The notes under the pieces are model-generated. The model ran no database searches and was not told the origin of the DNA. It saw only the letters and a program-made list of their open reading frames with translations. Shown in pieces: positions 13,851 to 46,334 of a stretch of DNA of 64,000 bases (its first letter is position 1; every line of letters starts with the position of its first letter). A program made the position numbers and the translations under genes. The stretch spans positions 6,709,943 to 6,773,942 of the forward strand of contig CAVNZM010000002.1 in NCBI GenBank assembly GCA_963693365.1, written 5' to 3'. The DNA comes from Amoebidium appalachense. Taxonomy: Eukaryota > Protista > Ichthyosporea.

Positions 13851-13923
13851 TCTCCACCCACAACGCACACACACACATACACATAAACGCACACAACACA
13901 CACACATATATATACATAATACA

Positions 13924-13981
<58 letters not shown>

Positions 13982-14322
13982 AAAAAAACACAGTATAAAC
14001 GTACGTACTTGACCGTAACTTGAAATCAATGTGATGGGACAAAAACTTGGGCCACATTCTGGTGGCCAGATTTCTATCTACTCCCCCCCCCCCCCCCCCC
14101 CCCCCCCCCCAACCCCCCCCCCCCCCCAAAAAAAAAACTTGGAAAGTTTCGTGGTATCACATTTTCCATGGCCAATTCTAACGTAAGCTCTCCTGTATCT
14201 CTCTCGCTCTCTCCCTCCCTCCCTCTCTCTCTTCTCGAGTCTCTCTCTCTCGTTCTTTCTCCATCTCGCCGTCTCTCTGCCTCCCTCTATCTATATCTCT
14301 CTCTTAGACTATCTCTCCCCCT

Positions 14323-14353
<31 letters not shown>

Positions 14354-14564
14354 CTACACACACACACACACACGCACACACGCACCCCCACCACCGCCAC
14401 CACCATCTCGCCCCGCGCTTCCTCCCCTCCCCCCCCCCCCCCCCCATCCTCCCCCCCCCCCCCCCCCCCCTTCCCCTCCCCCCACCACCACCACCACCAA
14501 CACCACAGGATAGACCCAATATATTGCGATAAGTATCCCCTCCCCCCCCCCCCCCCCCTCCCCC

Positions 14565-14596
<32 letters not shown>

Positions 14597-14721
14597 AAAA
14601 AAAAAAACAAAAGAAAAACAACTAAAAATGCAATAACTGGTCAGAAAAGTGGTATTTATAACAGCGTATACTGCGGCATATCCTCCACCCTCCCCCGGCC
14701 CTCCCTCCCTACCCCCCCCAG

Positions 14722-14781
<60 letters not shown>

Positions 14782-14816
14782 CCCCCACCCCACCTCCCAA
14801 TACACAAACACACACC

Positions 14817-14857
<41 letters not shown>

Positions 14858-15001
14858 CAAAGCTTGAATTACAGGGTCAATCTATAATTGCTCTGCTTTG
14901 TGACTCATGGCAAACAACACGATTGCCTTGCTCATGTGGTTGGACTTTGAGCTGTATGAATTATATTCGCGAAAAGAGTGACGGGATCTGCCCCCCCCCC
15001 C

Positions 15002-15040
<39 letters not shown>

Positions 15041-16048
15041 GCATCATTTGATTTACATACGTATACTCGTACCCGGCCAAAGTTCCAAGAAAAGAACAAT
15101 TGCTCTTAGCTAATCAAAATCATTCTCTTGGACTTCTGCCACAGGATGCGGGTGCGGGACCGGTGGGACCTTTTAGTTTCCCCGGCAGACTCTTTGCAAT
15201 CATGCATGCACATGGTAGGTCTTAGGCCAACCTTGCGATATTTATAAATTTTAAAACAATAAAAAAGTAGGAATATCGCTAAAAGACAGACGTCACTGCT
15301 ATTCAATGCATATGTAGCAGGGGCCGGTGGCACTCAGTTGCATGTCATTGGCGAGGCTTCAGCCTTTCTTTCAAATTTCGAGTGCGTGCACGTGCGAATT
15401 AGCGCACATTGTGTCACGCTTTTGCATGCCCACTTACCGTATTGCCACGTGTGCACGGTACTACGCATGCACGTGCACATGCTCATGTCCGTGTGTGTGT
15501 GCACGCGTTGGATCCATACGCATACGTGGCACATGTGCTGTGTTTGTATGTACCTGTATACGTGCACTTGTGTACACGTGTACGGGTTCGGGTACATCTA
15601 CAATAAAACGGTTTAAACACACCTCTCAGAGCTGGTGTGCTTAATTAATGTATATTGGCGTATGAAAACTTGTCCAGGAGATGATCCGTTGTGATCAACA
15701 TGAAGATTAACAGGGTGTAGTCGTAGTACCAGAATATATTGACCGTGCCCCACAGTAACTTGTTGCGGTGGGCTATATATAGGCTATATTCACGGCAGTG
15801 CCGAATATGTACAAGTGGTAAGGTGGTAGTGAGTGGATCAGGAGCTTTTTCATTCTACAACCACTTCATTCGTGATATTTATGAAAGTGCAATTTTCGAG
15901 GGTTATCTACATCCTACTTATATATGTATATATCTATCTATCATATCATATGATCTCGAAGTCTTGGATAGACGTAACGTAACTCCACAGGGTTCTCCTT
16001 TGTTATGCACATGGTTGTAATGTTGGCAGTGTGTGTACGTGTTTGTGA

Positions 16049-16128
<80 letters not shown>

Positions 16129-16271
16129 ATGTATGTGCATGTGTCTGTGAGAGCATGTGTCAGAGGTATCACACCAGTGGTCCCGATGGCCAACACAGCC
16201 TAAATTCCATCCCCCCCCCCCCCCACCCTCCCCTGTGCACAAACAACGATCCAACTCTCATCATACACGCC

Positions 16272-18187
16272 TCAGTTGAACAAGCTAAAAACCTTTCCCC
16301 CCTGCCTCCTCCCCCCACTCCTATGCAAGTGTCGCAGCACTAGCAACAGACAGGCAGCAAGCATCCCTTTGACCCACACATCCGCATGCCTCCATCTATG
16401 AACGACCTTATCCACGGGGGCCTGGGGTGGGGTAGGGTCCGACATATCATATACCCATACGTCATTATAGTACATATATGGGAGATAGCTATGCCCGCCA
16501 AACAGGTAAATCAATCCAGTGTCGCTACACACAGTCGAGTGCTTGTATCGTCCGTTCGGTACGCGGTGTGTGCTTGTCTCTCGTCCCGGCTCCGAAGGGT
16601 GGGGATCCAAAAGCGTCCATGTTCGCTTAGAGAAAGTGAAAGCCCACAGTTCATTAGTTAATTTGCACCCGTTATGACAGACCCCGCCCCCAAACACGTA
16701 CATCTTGTCCCCGTGCACGCACGCCGAATGCCACGCGCGGGGTGAGGGTTGGTGGTTGTCCGGGGTTAAGATCTGAGTCCATTTGTGGGTGGCGAGGCTG
16801 AAGGCCCATATGTCGTTGAAGTGTGTTCTCCCCTGACCTTTCCCCCCAAACACATACATAACATTGTTGTGGACCACCGCCGTGTGTCCCTGCCTGGCCG
16901 GTGGCATGTCTCCCACCACATATTCGACTTTTTCCATTCGGGGGGGTTCATTCGAGTTTGCAGCCGGTGCCGGTGCCGGGGAAGTCTCGGCAGGCTGCAC
17001 AAAATGGTTCTGAGGGGGGTCCGGGCAGTATTTCCACATGTCGTTTAAGAGGGAAGTAAGCCCTGGCTGGCCCGGGACATTGGGCCTCTCACCCACCAGC
17101 CCCCCAAAGACATAGAAGCACTGCTTCCAGAAGGCCATGGAATGCTCGGCACGTGACGGCGGCTTCTCGGTGCCGTTGGACACTGCATGCACCCATCTGG
17201 TGTCCTGCGGAAGAATCCAGAAGGGTCAGACGACTGCAGTTGGTAGACACTCGAGGCCCCCCCCCCCCCCCCCCCCCGCGGGAACATCCCCCCCCCCCCC
17301 CCCCTTTCCCCCACTCCCTCCACCTCCTCCCCCCCACACACGAAAGAGCCCCACTGCCTCCCCCCCGCCTCCCCCCCCCCCTCTCTCTTGTCCGTAGTGC
17401 GACACAAGTGCACGTTACACCACACGGCCTAACAAAGCAGGTGTACCGAGGCACATTTGCATGCACAAAACACCTCAGCTATCCCTCTGTCAACACATCA
17501 AAGCATTTTTTCATCTTGCGCCTCAGGTCTTATCCTCCTCCCCCCCCCCCCCAAAAAAAAAAAACAAAAACAAACCACCACCACCACCACACATTTTTAC
17601 ACATGCCCCCCCCCCCCCCAAAAAAAAAGAAAGAAAGAAAAGAAAAAACACACAAAACCATGCACAGGGCCTCCCCCCCCTCCCCCTCCCCTCCCCCCAC
17701 CCGTTCTTCCCCTTCCCCATCCACACCCGTCCGCCCACCATCTCTCCCCCCCCTCCCCCCTCCCCCCCCCTCTCCCCATAGACACACATAGACAAAAAGC
17801 CCCCCCCCCCCCTTCCCCCCCCACACATAGAAAGCGCGGGGGGGGGGGGGGGGGGGAGAGGGGAAACACCACCGTAGCTCTCTCCCTGCTCCCCTTTGCC
17901 TTCAACGAATGAATTCATTAAATGCATTTGTCCCACCTCCCCCACCATAAACACCCCCACCCCCCACCCTCCCCTGCCCCCCCCCCCCCCCCCCCCCCCA
18001 CAAAAAAAAAAAAAAAAAAAGAAAAGAAAAAAGAAAAGAAAAGAAAAGGGAACACACGTTACACACGTACACGTGTTCACTCACACACAAGCACACACAC
18101 ACACACACACACACACTTACTCTTTTTGTACGTAAACACATTCAGAGCCTACAAGGCGACACACACTCTTTAACACGAGCACACACT

Positions 18188-18252
<65 letters not shown>

Positions 18253-18918
18253 ACACACACGCACACACACAAACACACAAGAACGCATACGTACACACAC
18301 ACATACACCCACCTGCTGGCCACCTATGGACCTGCACCAAGTGTCGCCAAAAAAGTGCCCCAACGTATAGTTCCTTGCCCCATACCTCAGCCCTCCATCA
18401 TCCCCCCCGTGCATGCACAACTGTCCATATGTTGCGTTGAACATCCTCACGGTCAATCCATGTGAATTTCGTGGTTGTGGGGCGTCTGGCAGCGTATTTT
18501 CAGTCATTTGGGGGGTCCACAGGTTTGCGTTGGGGTCAAACGCCCACGTGTCCGCCAGAAAATGGGGCAAGTCATGCTCTCTGTCGTATCTATACCCTAA
18601 CGCAACCCACATACTCCCGGCCGCCCATACCGCCCTGTGACTGTACCGCGCCAGTGGCACATCGTCACTCGCGAACCTGAGTAATCTCCAACCTTTTACC
18701 TCTTCCTCCCCTCCGAAAAAGGACACAACCAAAAGGAAAAGGGTAACAAGGACACCCAAGACATAGAGTACTTGGCGCGTGCTCGCAACCGCGTGCCTGT
18801 GCAGGTGTTGCATGGCTACGGCATGGTCGCGCGGTGGGTGTTTGCGCGCGAAGCCGTCGGCCAGACAGTCTATCACAAAGTGTGCTTGCAAAACTTTGGG
18901 CACCATCAGTGTTAACAT
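16272..18918 (-). CDS. Kelch-repeat (six-blade beta-propeller) protein with an N-terminal transmembrane segment and a short hydrophobic C-terminal segment; 2 exons
   Basis: Exons 18313-18918 and 16272-17204 join in phase 0 (GGQQ|DTRW). Six repeats: ARYSH..WVALG, PRNSH..CMHGG, SRAEH..YVFGG, ARQGH..YVFGG, PRAWH..YVFGG, GRYKH..YLFGG, each followed by D/E-x-W. The true start may be the downstream MQHLH. Confidence 0.88.
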
Positions 18919-19750
18919 GCAAAAGATACTAGGGGTGGTTGCCGGGGTGCTGGCTTTGAGAGGGGACTCCGGAGAGAGGGTGTGTGTCTCGTGACTGTGG
19001 GGTGTAAGAGTAAATGACTAGGATGCAAAAAAACTCTAAAGGCTGTCGATGCCTCTGACGCTTTAAATATTATGATAAGCTAGGCACACGTGTTGTACAA
19101 CAGGTTGTCTCCTGCTAATGACCTACCATGCGAACATGCCTCTAATTAGTCCGTACCACGACCTATGTGCAGTTGTGGAAATGCCCGTACTGTAACCAAG
19201 CGCGCGTGAAGCAGGTGTACTGTATGCTCAGTACGCATTCATTAACATTTTTAAGCCCTCCTGTCTATTAATTAAAATTTCGCAAACAGCAACAGCCCGA
19301 GTCTGAGCTCTCGATGATAACCTGGAAACCCCTCCTCACACGCCTTGGGAGAGCGACGGTGACACGAGTCGCATGACTCTCATGAATCTCTTACCGTCAC
19401 TCTGCCGCATATTGATTGGCTTTCACGGAGGAATCAAAATGTTACAAATCCACATATGGTTAGTAAATCTACGATATGATTAGCTAAAGGTTCTGGTTGC
19501 CACCGTGGATTATATGATTGGCTACTGGATGAGCCACTAAACCAATCAGCACATTCCGTCCATGCATGAGCTCTGAGGAGTGCAAACGTACCTAGCATGT
19601 TTGTTAGTACACCGTACGATGCACAAACGCACGCAGATGCACGCGCATACCGGCATGCACACACACACAACACAAAAATGTACACACACACACACACACA
19701 CACACACGCACGCACACGCACGCACGCACGCACGCACGCACACACACACA

Positions 19751-19796
<46 letters not shown>

Positions 19797-20589
19797 TACA
19801 TACACACACACACACACGTACACACACCCACAACGTCACCCACCCTTCGGAGCCCACGTGGACCGGTATCTATCACTATGTATGCTCAAAGAAATTTCGG
19901 GAAACTGCCAGCACGCGTACATGAATGGACTTTAAAGTTGCCACTGTAACATTTTCCTTGCCGTCATATATGTTGAACTGAACACAGTAGCTATAGAAAT
20001 GTGTGATGGCAATGAAGCAAACCGGGCCTCATAGATCTGAATTTGGATGATCATCTTTGGCAATGGAACGTTAACCCCGAGTTGGGCGAAGGCTGAGTGA
20101 GTGATAAATGCCAAGTCGAGTGTACATAAATCAAAGCCACATTAGCAAACTGTATACATGTTTGTACTTCGCTCATTTTATTCCTGTTTAGAGTCCGATT
20201 TATCTTGGCAGTGCACATGCGTTCATGATTGCACAGCGCAAACCATGAGAACACATCATTATTATGTATTTGTTTGGGGGCCTGCCCTACATTTGTTTCG
20301 AATTACATTTATTATAGTGCTTTCCGTAGTGTTAACACAGCATGCGCAATAAAAGCACTTCTAAAAGTCTACCGTTAAGCCAAGAATTTTTAAGGAGCAA
20401 TACACATCATGATGGCACACAGTCAGCTAGTAGCATTGTGTTCGTATCTAAGAGATCCAGCAAAAACGGAGAAAAGCTAGCACCATAACACTGCCCAGTG
20501 GTGACATGCACACAGTACTACACGTGGGCCCCTAAAAACACCAAACACGTGGTGCAATTTTCACCACCTAACTTATGTCATTCGACTAA

Positions 20590-20624
<35 letters not shown>

Positions 20625-21023
20625 CGGGGGCCTTGGGTCAACACAACAAACCCATCGATTTTAAAAAGTAGCAAAGTGTACTGTGAAGAACAGTTGCCTT
20701 TTGGCCATAGAAGGCCGTCTACGTGGCAAAAAAGGAAACCGTTGCGACGCAAAATGCAAAAAGATCCAAAACCGAGGGTGGAAAGAGGAGTGAGATCATT
20801 CTATATCTGGGTGAACAGCAAAATTACGAGCATGGTGAGCAACCTACCACCAAGGAAACTCAGCAAGAATGCAGTGAAGAACAATCAGTTAACAAAACAG
20901 GTACAAATAAAACAAAAAATGCTCACAACCAAATAGCATTATGATCACCGAAAAACATGGACAAAAGAACTGACAATACAAACAGGGAATAGATAAGTTT
21001 GAACAAAAACCACACCAGTTTAC

Positions 21024-39644
<18,621 letters not shown>

Positions 39645-40083
39645 TTTCCTCTCCCTGCGGTCCCAAAGCACATATTCCACGTGCTAAACAGAAAATTTAT
39701 TTAGAACATGATCTCTTGTTGCGACTTCTCGAACGCCAAAACCACGTATTCCTTGTGAGCGTTTTTCCTGTGTGGACACGGTGTCTGTGTGGTCCACCTT
39801 TTCCGCTCATCACCGGCCCCGTTACATGAGCCGCATGTGATTCGTCCGGAACGCATCATTACGTAACAGCGAGTCTGCGGTCCAGGCGTATATGAAAATG
39901 TATGTTGTATGTCACGGTTGCTTTTTTGGTTTCATCTTGACTCACAGTTATTATGTACTATGTACATGAGGTGCAACTGTTACCGATTTTGTGGGGAGCG
40001 TGCACATCCACGCACGTGTGTGTGTGTAACTGGCCCGTGGCATGGGATGGTGGTACGGTGGTGGTGGTGATGGTCACGGTACG

Positions 40084-40119
<36 letters not shown>

Positions 40120-40201
40120 TCCACTGCGGCACAATAGAATGCTACGACGGAATTCGAAGAATTTGACATGTCGACGTCCACAATATCCATAACACTGCGA
40201 A

Positions 40202-41246
<1,045 letters not shown>

Positions 41247-41483
41247 TACATATTGGACGTTATTAATTTAGAGGCCCGGGATTGGATGTGAGTTTAAGGG
41301 AACCCGCCCTCTGTGTTTTACGGTATTAAAGGACTGGCTAATGACAAAAACATAAAATGCTGACAAAAAACCAATCGCAATCACCGCCGGCTAATTTGAT
41401 AAGCGCTAATCAAAGCCACGGGTCCTGACAGCAGCTAACGAGGTTTATTAGGCGTTTTCTTAGCTTAGAGTGCGGCGCGTTTC

Positions 41484-42100
41484 TGTGGTATATTATACCG
41501 GATATCTAGTATGGATGTACACAGGTTGAGATATACGCGCACGTGTACATGTATATATACCACTGTGTTTGATCTTAGGTAGGCCAGTATGCATGTCCCC
41601 CCCAGTCTTGTGCGCATGAGCATGGAGTTAAACATATGTGCACGTGCAACTTGCAGGATTATTCATGGGAAAACAGATATAATAGTCACATGGGACCGAC
41701 ACGTAGTAGTCTAGGAACCATGAGCAATAACTTGAAGTTATAGTTTTATCATGGGAAAATATGCAAGTAGCCGTGAGGTATGACTGTGGAATGCATCGAT
41801 AGTCAAGTACTGTCACCCGATTGGCTCACTAAGTTTATTGGAACCGTGATAGCCATGGGACAGAACCGTGAACCGTATGTGATTGGCTCGAAGCCAAAAA
41901 GCACATACCGATGCGCATGTCTGAGCCGCTGTGCGAGCTCCGATATAAGGGCATGTCGGGGGCTTCAGAGCTCACTCAGTGTGCTCGGCTTACTAGGTGT
42001 AAGTAGGACTAGCACGTAACTAAGCAAAGCGTGGTCTAGTCAACCCCGTTCATTTATAAACATATTGTTTGTCACAGACACACGATCTTATTATACAACA
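41484..42100 (+). repeat. Gypsy 5' LTR
   Basis: TGTGGTAT...ATACAACA; I count about 4 substitutions versus the 3' LTR. Confidence 0.97.
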
Positions 42101-42116
42101 GCTGAGCTACACCCCC
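42101..42116 (+). promoter_or_regulatory. Putative primer-binding site complementary to a tRNA-Ala-like 5' end
   Basis: GCTGAGCTACACCCCC directly abuts the LTR; its reverse complement is GGGGGTGTAGCTCAGC. Confidence 0.7.
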
Positions 42117-42432
42117 TGCAGCGCTAGTTCTTGCGCTGCAAGTGTGCTCGTATCAAGCAAGTACTATGTTTTTAGTTGTTTGGGTCCTAACATGTCTAAC
42201 CACCTTGGTGACGACAATGCCGGCCCTAGTGGCCTGCATGGGGGGGAAGCTAGAAACGCCGACCTCATTTTCCTTGAAGAACTCGGCTATAATGTTCCCC
42301 TTTCCCCCCCCGGCGCTTCACCGTGGCACCCTCCTGGAGCAGACATTCCGTTGCTCGACCGTGTCTACTTCCGTTCACACGACTTGCAACACGATCATTT
42401 TTATACAACAGCTGAGCTACACCCCCTACACA

Positions 42433-45036
42433 ATGTGTCCTGTTACCGTCAAGCACGACACCACCGTCAAATCTGGCTTTGGATGTGTATTACGTGCAAC
42501 GGTGCAGGTGACTGCTGCTGCTGCTGCTGCTGGCACCCTCGGTATCTTCGAGCCTACTCGTGAATTTCGAGATAAGTTCCCCCCCACCATCTGTGAAATT
42601 AGTGTGGATAAATCTATTGCTGTTGTGTGCGAAAATGGTGTGGGTCCGGATTTGAACGTGTTCGGTACCATCGGTCATTTCGTTCCTACGAGCCGACATG
42701 AGTACATACACGAACTGAGTGTTTTGCAAGCCGAACCCCACCCCAGTCGTACACAAACCGTCGTTGGTGCAATAGCGCAGTGCATCAGGTGGGCAACGGG
42801 GGGTGGAGAAGGTTGCCTACCCAATTCACCTCCGGCCGTGCCACCGGGCCGGGTGCCTACCGATAACATGTGTGGGCACGAAGGGCATGTGAGTGGGACA
42901 CGAGGCGGTCCGATACACTCACCGATCGACCAATCAATGTGTGCCGTTGATCATGAAACCCCCCCCCCCCCGCGAAAAATTTCGGAAATTTCGGGTGGGG
43001 GTGCACACGATGCCGGCCAGGCTCCCCACGGTTTTGATTGGAATAGGGTGCCTCAGAGTATGCTTCCGGATGTCAAGAAACTATTAGAAGCACACTCTCG
43101 TTGCTTCATCACTACGGACCCCGACGAATTTCCTCAGATGAAAGGATTCACCATGCACATAGACACGGGAGATAACCCACCGATTCGATTAAAACAGTGG
43201 AGGTTGGAACAAGTGAAAGAGCAGGCTGCAAAGGAGATCCTAGAGGATATGTGTCGTAGAGGGCAGATGGAACAAGCACACAGTCAGTATAATTCACCCA
43301 CCTTCGTAATACGAAAACCAAACGGAAAATACCGTCTGCTGACTGATTTTCGTGCTCTTAACAAGCAAATTCGAAAATCTGCCTGGCCCATGCCCAACTT
43401 GCAACAACAAATAGAGAAGTTGGCTGGGTATAAGTATTTCTGTAAAGCTGATATGTCGGGTGCCTTTTACCAAATACTGCTAGACGCTGAGTCACGTGAA
43501 AAAACAGGATTTTCTGTGGCTGGTGTGCAGTATCGTTATTGTGTGGCACCACAGGGGCTAAGTACTTCCCCGTCCCAGCTAGCATCTATCATGACACAGA
43601 TTTTGGCCCCTCTGGCCGATGACGTGGTGGTATATGCCGATGATTTAGCTGTGGGTGCACACACCGAAAAAGAATTAATACAGAAGCTTGACCGACTTTT
43701 CACCCTTCTCGGTGATTATGGAGTTAAGCTCGATGGGGCAAAGACATACATTGGGCTCACGGAAATACCGTTTTTGGGTTGGATTGTAGGTGTGAATGGC
43801 ATTCGGCCCGACCCGAAAAAGGTACAGGCAGTTAAAGATTGGCCGGTACCAAACACACTACACCAACTCCGGGGTTTTCTGGGTATTACTTCGTATCTCC
43901 GCCGTCACACTTTAAATTATGCAGAGCGAGCCCGACCCATGAATGCCGAGTGTTACGGAGAAAAACACCGACAGATAAAATGGACGGACGAATTAGATCG
44001 CTCGTTTATAGATTTAAAATCGGCGTTATCGGAGGAAGTGCTTGCCCTGCCCGATCTTTCCCCCACGGGGGGTCAGTTTCTGATTCGTTGTGATGCTAGC
44101 CGGTTCTCGGAAGGGGCTTGCCTGTATCAAAAACAAAAAGATGGCAAGTTCCGCACGGTGGCATATGCCTCCCGGATGTTTCAACCTTCCGAACGTAGGT
44201 GGAGCAACATCGAACGAGAAACGCATGCAATCTATTGGGCACTGAAAGAGTTTAGGGTATACGTGTATGGTCGAGTTATTACTATAATAATTGTGGAGAG
44301 TGACCATAAGCCCTGTCTTTCGCTTAAAGGTGTCAAACGGATAGCAAACGAACGGATGCAACGGTGGGCTTTGGAAATGCAGGAGTATGATTTCGATCTA
44401 TACTACCGTCCTGGCCCTACCATGCACGATGCTGATGGGTTAAGCCGTATAGGATATATTCTGCATGAGAACGAAAACATACCACTGGAAAAGTGGGATG
44501 TGAAAAAGGAATTACAAGAGGTTCTCACAGCAGATTTATCCGAGCTTAGCTCGAAACCAGCCGAAGTGTTTGTTGATTGGGGTGATGCATTCGAATTCGC
44601 ACACATTTTCGACCCAGACCGCTTGAAATGTGCACAAATTTCTGCACTCAGTCAAGCCGGCCTGCCCTCCCTTTCTGCACTCGGTGGTGCCGGTTATCAG
44701 AAGGAAGCATTTATGATGGCACAGGAGGGGGACAAAATGTGTAAGGATATAATCACGTGGCTCCGGTGGCTTGCCTCCCTCGATGCCGAAGCCAAACGGG
44801 AATGGCAGGCAGGGGGGGAACGAGCTGCACAGGGTCTTAATCTTGAGTATTTCGGATACAAAATGGTTAAGAAGATAGCACAAATGTGTGTGATAGAGGA
44901 TGACGTGCTTTATAATGTGGCTAAGGATGGTCGTCGTTGCCTGTATGTGCCCGAAATCCTTCGTGCTGATTTATTAAAAAGTGTGCACGACGGGGGGGCT
45001 CATACTGGCAATGAACGAACTTACGAAAGAGTACAA
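42433..45036 (+). CDS. Gypsy pol: degenerate linker, reverse transcriptase, RNase H, start of integrase
   Basis: YNSPTFVIRKPNGKYRLLTDFRALNK, PQGL, VYADD, FLG, CDAS, ERETHAI, SDHKP, ADGLSR, HDGGAH; the frame breaks at ~45037. Confidence 0.93.
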
Positions 45037-45037
45037 T

Positions 45038-46294
45038 TATTATTGGCCACGCATGCACAAAGATATCACTGCTTATGTGAATGCCTGCACACAGTGCCAA
45101 GGCCGTAACGATAACCCACACTTGAGAAGTAGGCCATTTGAACAGAGATACGAAAATTTAAAAATGTTCTCTCGTGTTTCTGTTGACCTTATGGGTCCGT
45201 TCACAGAAACGAAAAATGGTAATACTTTCATTTGTGTGTTTATGGATATGGCAACGAAGTATTTAATCACTGTGCCCATCCAATCTAAGCATGCCGTTAA
45301 TGTTGCACATGCACTCATGAATGTAATTTGCTATATACACGGCCCCCCTCGTACACTCTTGAGTGATCAAGGATCAGAATTTCTCAATGAGCTAATTGTT
45401 GAGATTTGCCGTATAGCAAATATTGCACAAGTGAGCACCTCTGCATATCACCCACAAAGCAACGGTTCCAATGAACGGTCTCATAGATTTATTAATAATG
45501 CACTCTCAAAGTACGTTAATTATGAGCACACTAATTGGGACACTCTGTTGCCGGTGGTTACACATGCATACAACACAACAACACACAAAATTTTGCAATG
45601 TACACCGTATTATCTTGTGTACGGGCAAGAAGCAACACAATTCCCTGACGTTGCCCTTCTTAGCAGTAACCACCCGGCACTCAAGGACCCAGAGTGGAAG
45701 GCATACCGGCGAGAGTTACTAGCCCGTCTGCCTCTGCTCCGTGCTGTGGTCCAGCAACGTGCCGTACGAGAGCCCCCAGGCCCCTCGGTGGCTCGTGAAT
45801 TTAAGAAGGGTGCACGGATACGTGTTCGGAATCAAGCCAAAAATATCGGTGCCTGGGATGTACGGTGGATTACGGGTTACGAAATCGTCAAAAGGGTCGG
45901 CCCGGTCACGTACGAGATCCGAAGCTTAGCAACTATGAAGAAATCTAAGTGGCACGTGGACGATATTCAGCTTGAATTGAGTGAGCAAAATAGAATTCGG
46001 CCTCAAGATCTCTCTCACCTCCCGGACACGGGCGATAGTCACAATTTCAACAAGGTTCTGCCGGACGAGTGGGTGGTGGAAAAGGTGCTTGACGTAAGAA
46101 TTCAGAAACGTCGCAAGCAATCCACCCCTTACAAGTGGTACCAGATCAAGTGGGCAGGCAAAGATGAATCATTCACCTCTTGGGAGTGTGAGAAAGACTT
46201 AGCCTGCCCGGACAAGATCCGAGAGTTCCACCAACGCAGAGGTGACCTTGCATCGTTCCACGGATACATTGACTCATTGTGTGGAGCATGGTGA
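45038..46294 (+). CDS. Gypsy integrase core plus chromodomain (frameshifted from upstream pol)
   Basis: YYWPRM..CTQC, VSVDLMGP, SDQGSEF, YHPQSNGSNER; C-terminal chromodomain EWVVEKVLD..YQIKWAG..SWECEKDL. Confidence 0.93.
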   Translation, partial: YYWPRMHKDITAYVNACTQCQGRNDNPHLRSRPFEQRYENLKMFSRVSVDLMGPFTETKNGNTFICVFMDMATKYLITVPIQSKHAVNVAHALMNVICYIHGPPRTLLSDQGSEFLNELIVEICRIANIAQVSTSAYHPQSNGSNERSHRFINNALSKYVNYEHTNWDTLLPVVTHAYNTTTHKILQCTPYYLVYGQEATQFPDVALLSSNHPALKDPEWKAYRRELLARLPLLRAVVQQRAVREPPGPSVAREFKKGARIRVRNQAKNIGAWDVRWITGYEIVKRVGPVTYEIRSLATMKKSKWHVDDIQLELSEQNRIRPQDLSHLPDTGDSHNFNKVLPDEWVVEKVLDVRIQKRRKQSTPYKWYQIKWAGKDESFTSWECEKDLACPDKIREFHQRRGDLASFHGYIDSLCGAW

Positions 46295-46334
46295 CGTATG
46301 TCGAGGATGACATACTTCTTTTTACGGTGGGGCG

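Noticed and set aside
20676-20944. Short plus-strand ORFs
   Set aside because: A-rich antisense of the probable TMEM245 3' UTR.
42142-42432. Hydrophobic N-terminus of the 988-aa ORF as a signal peptide or env
   Set aside because: It is an alternative frame of the leader/gag remnant upstream of the duplicated PBS; there is no evidence it is translated.
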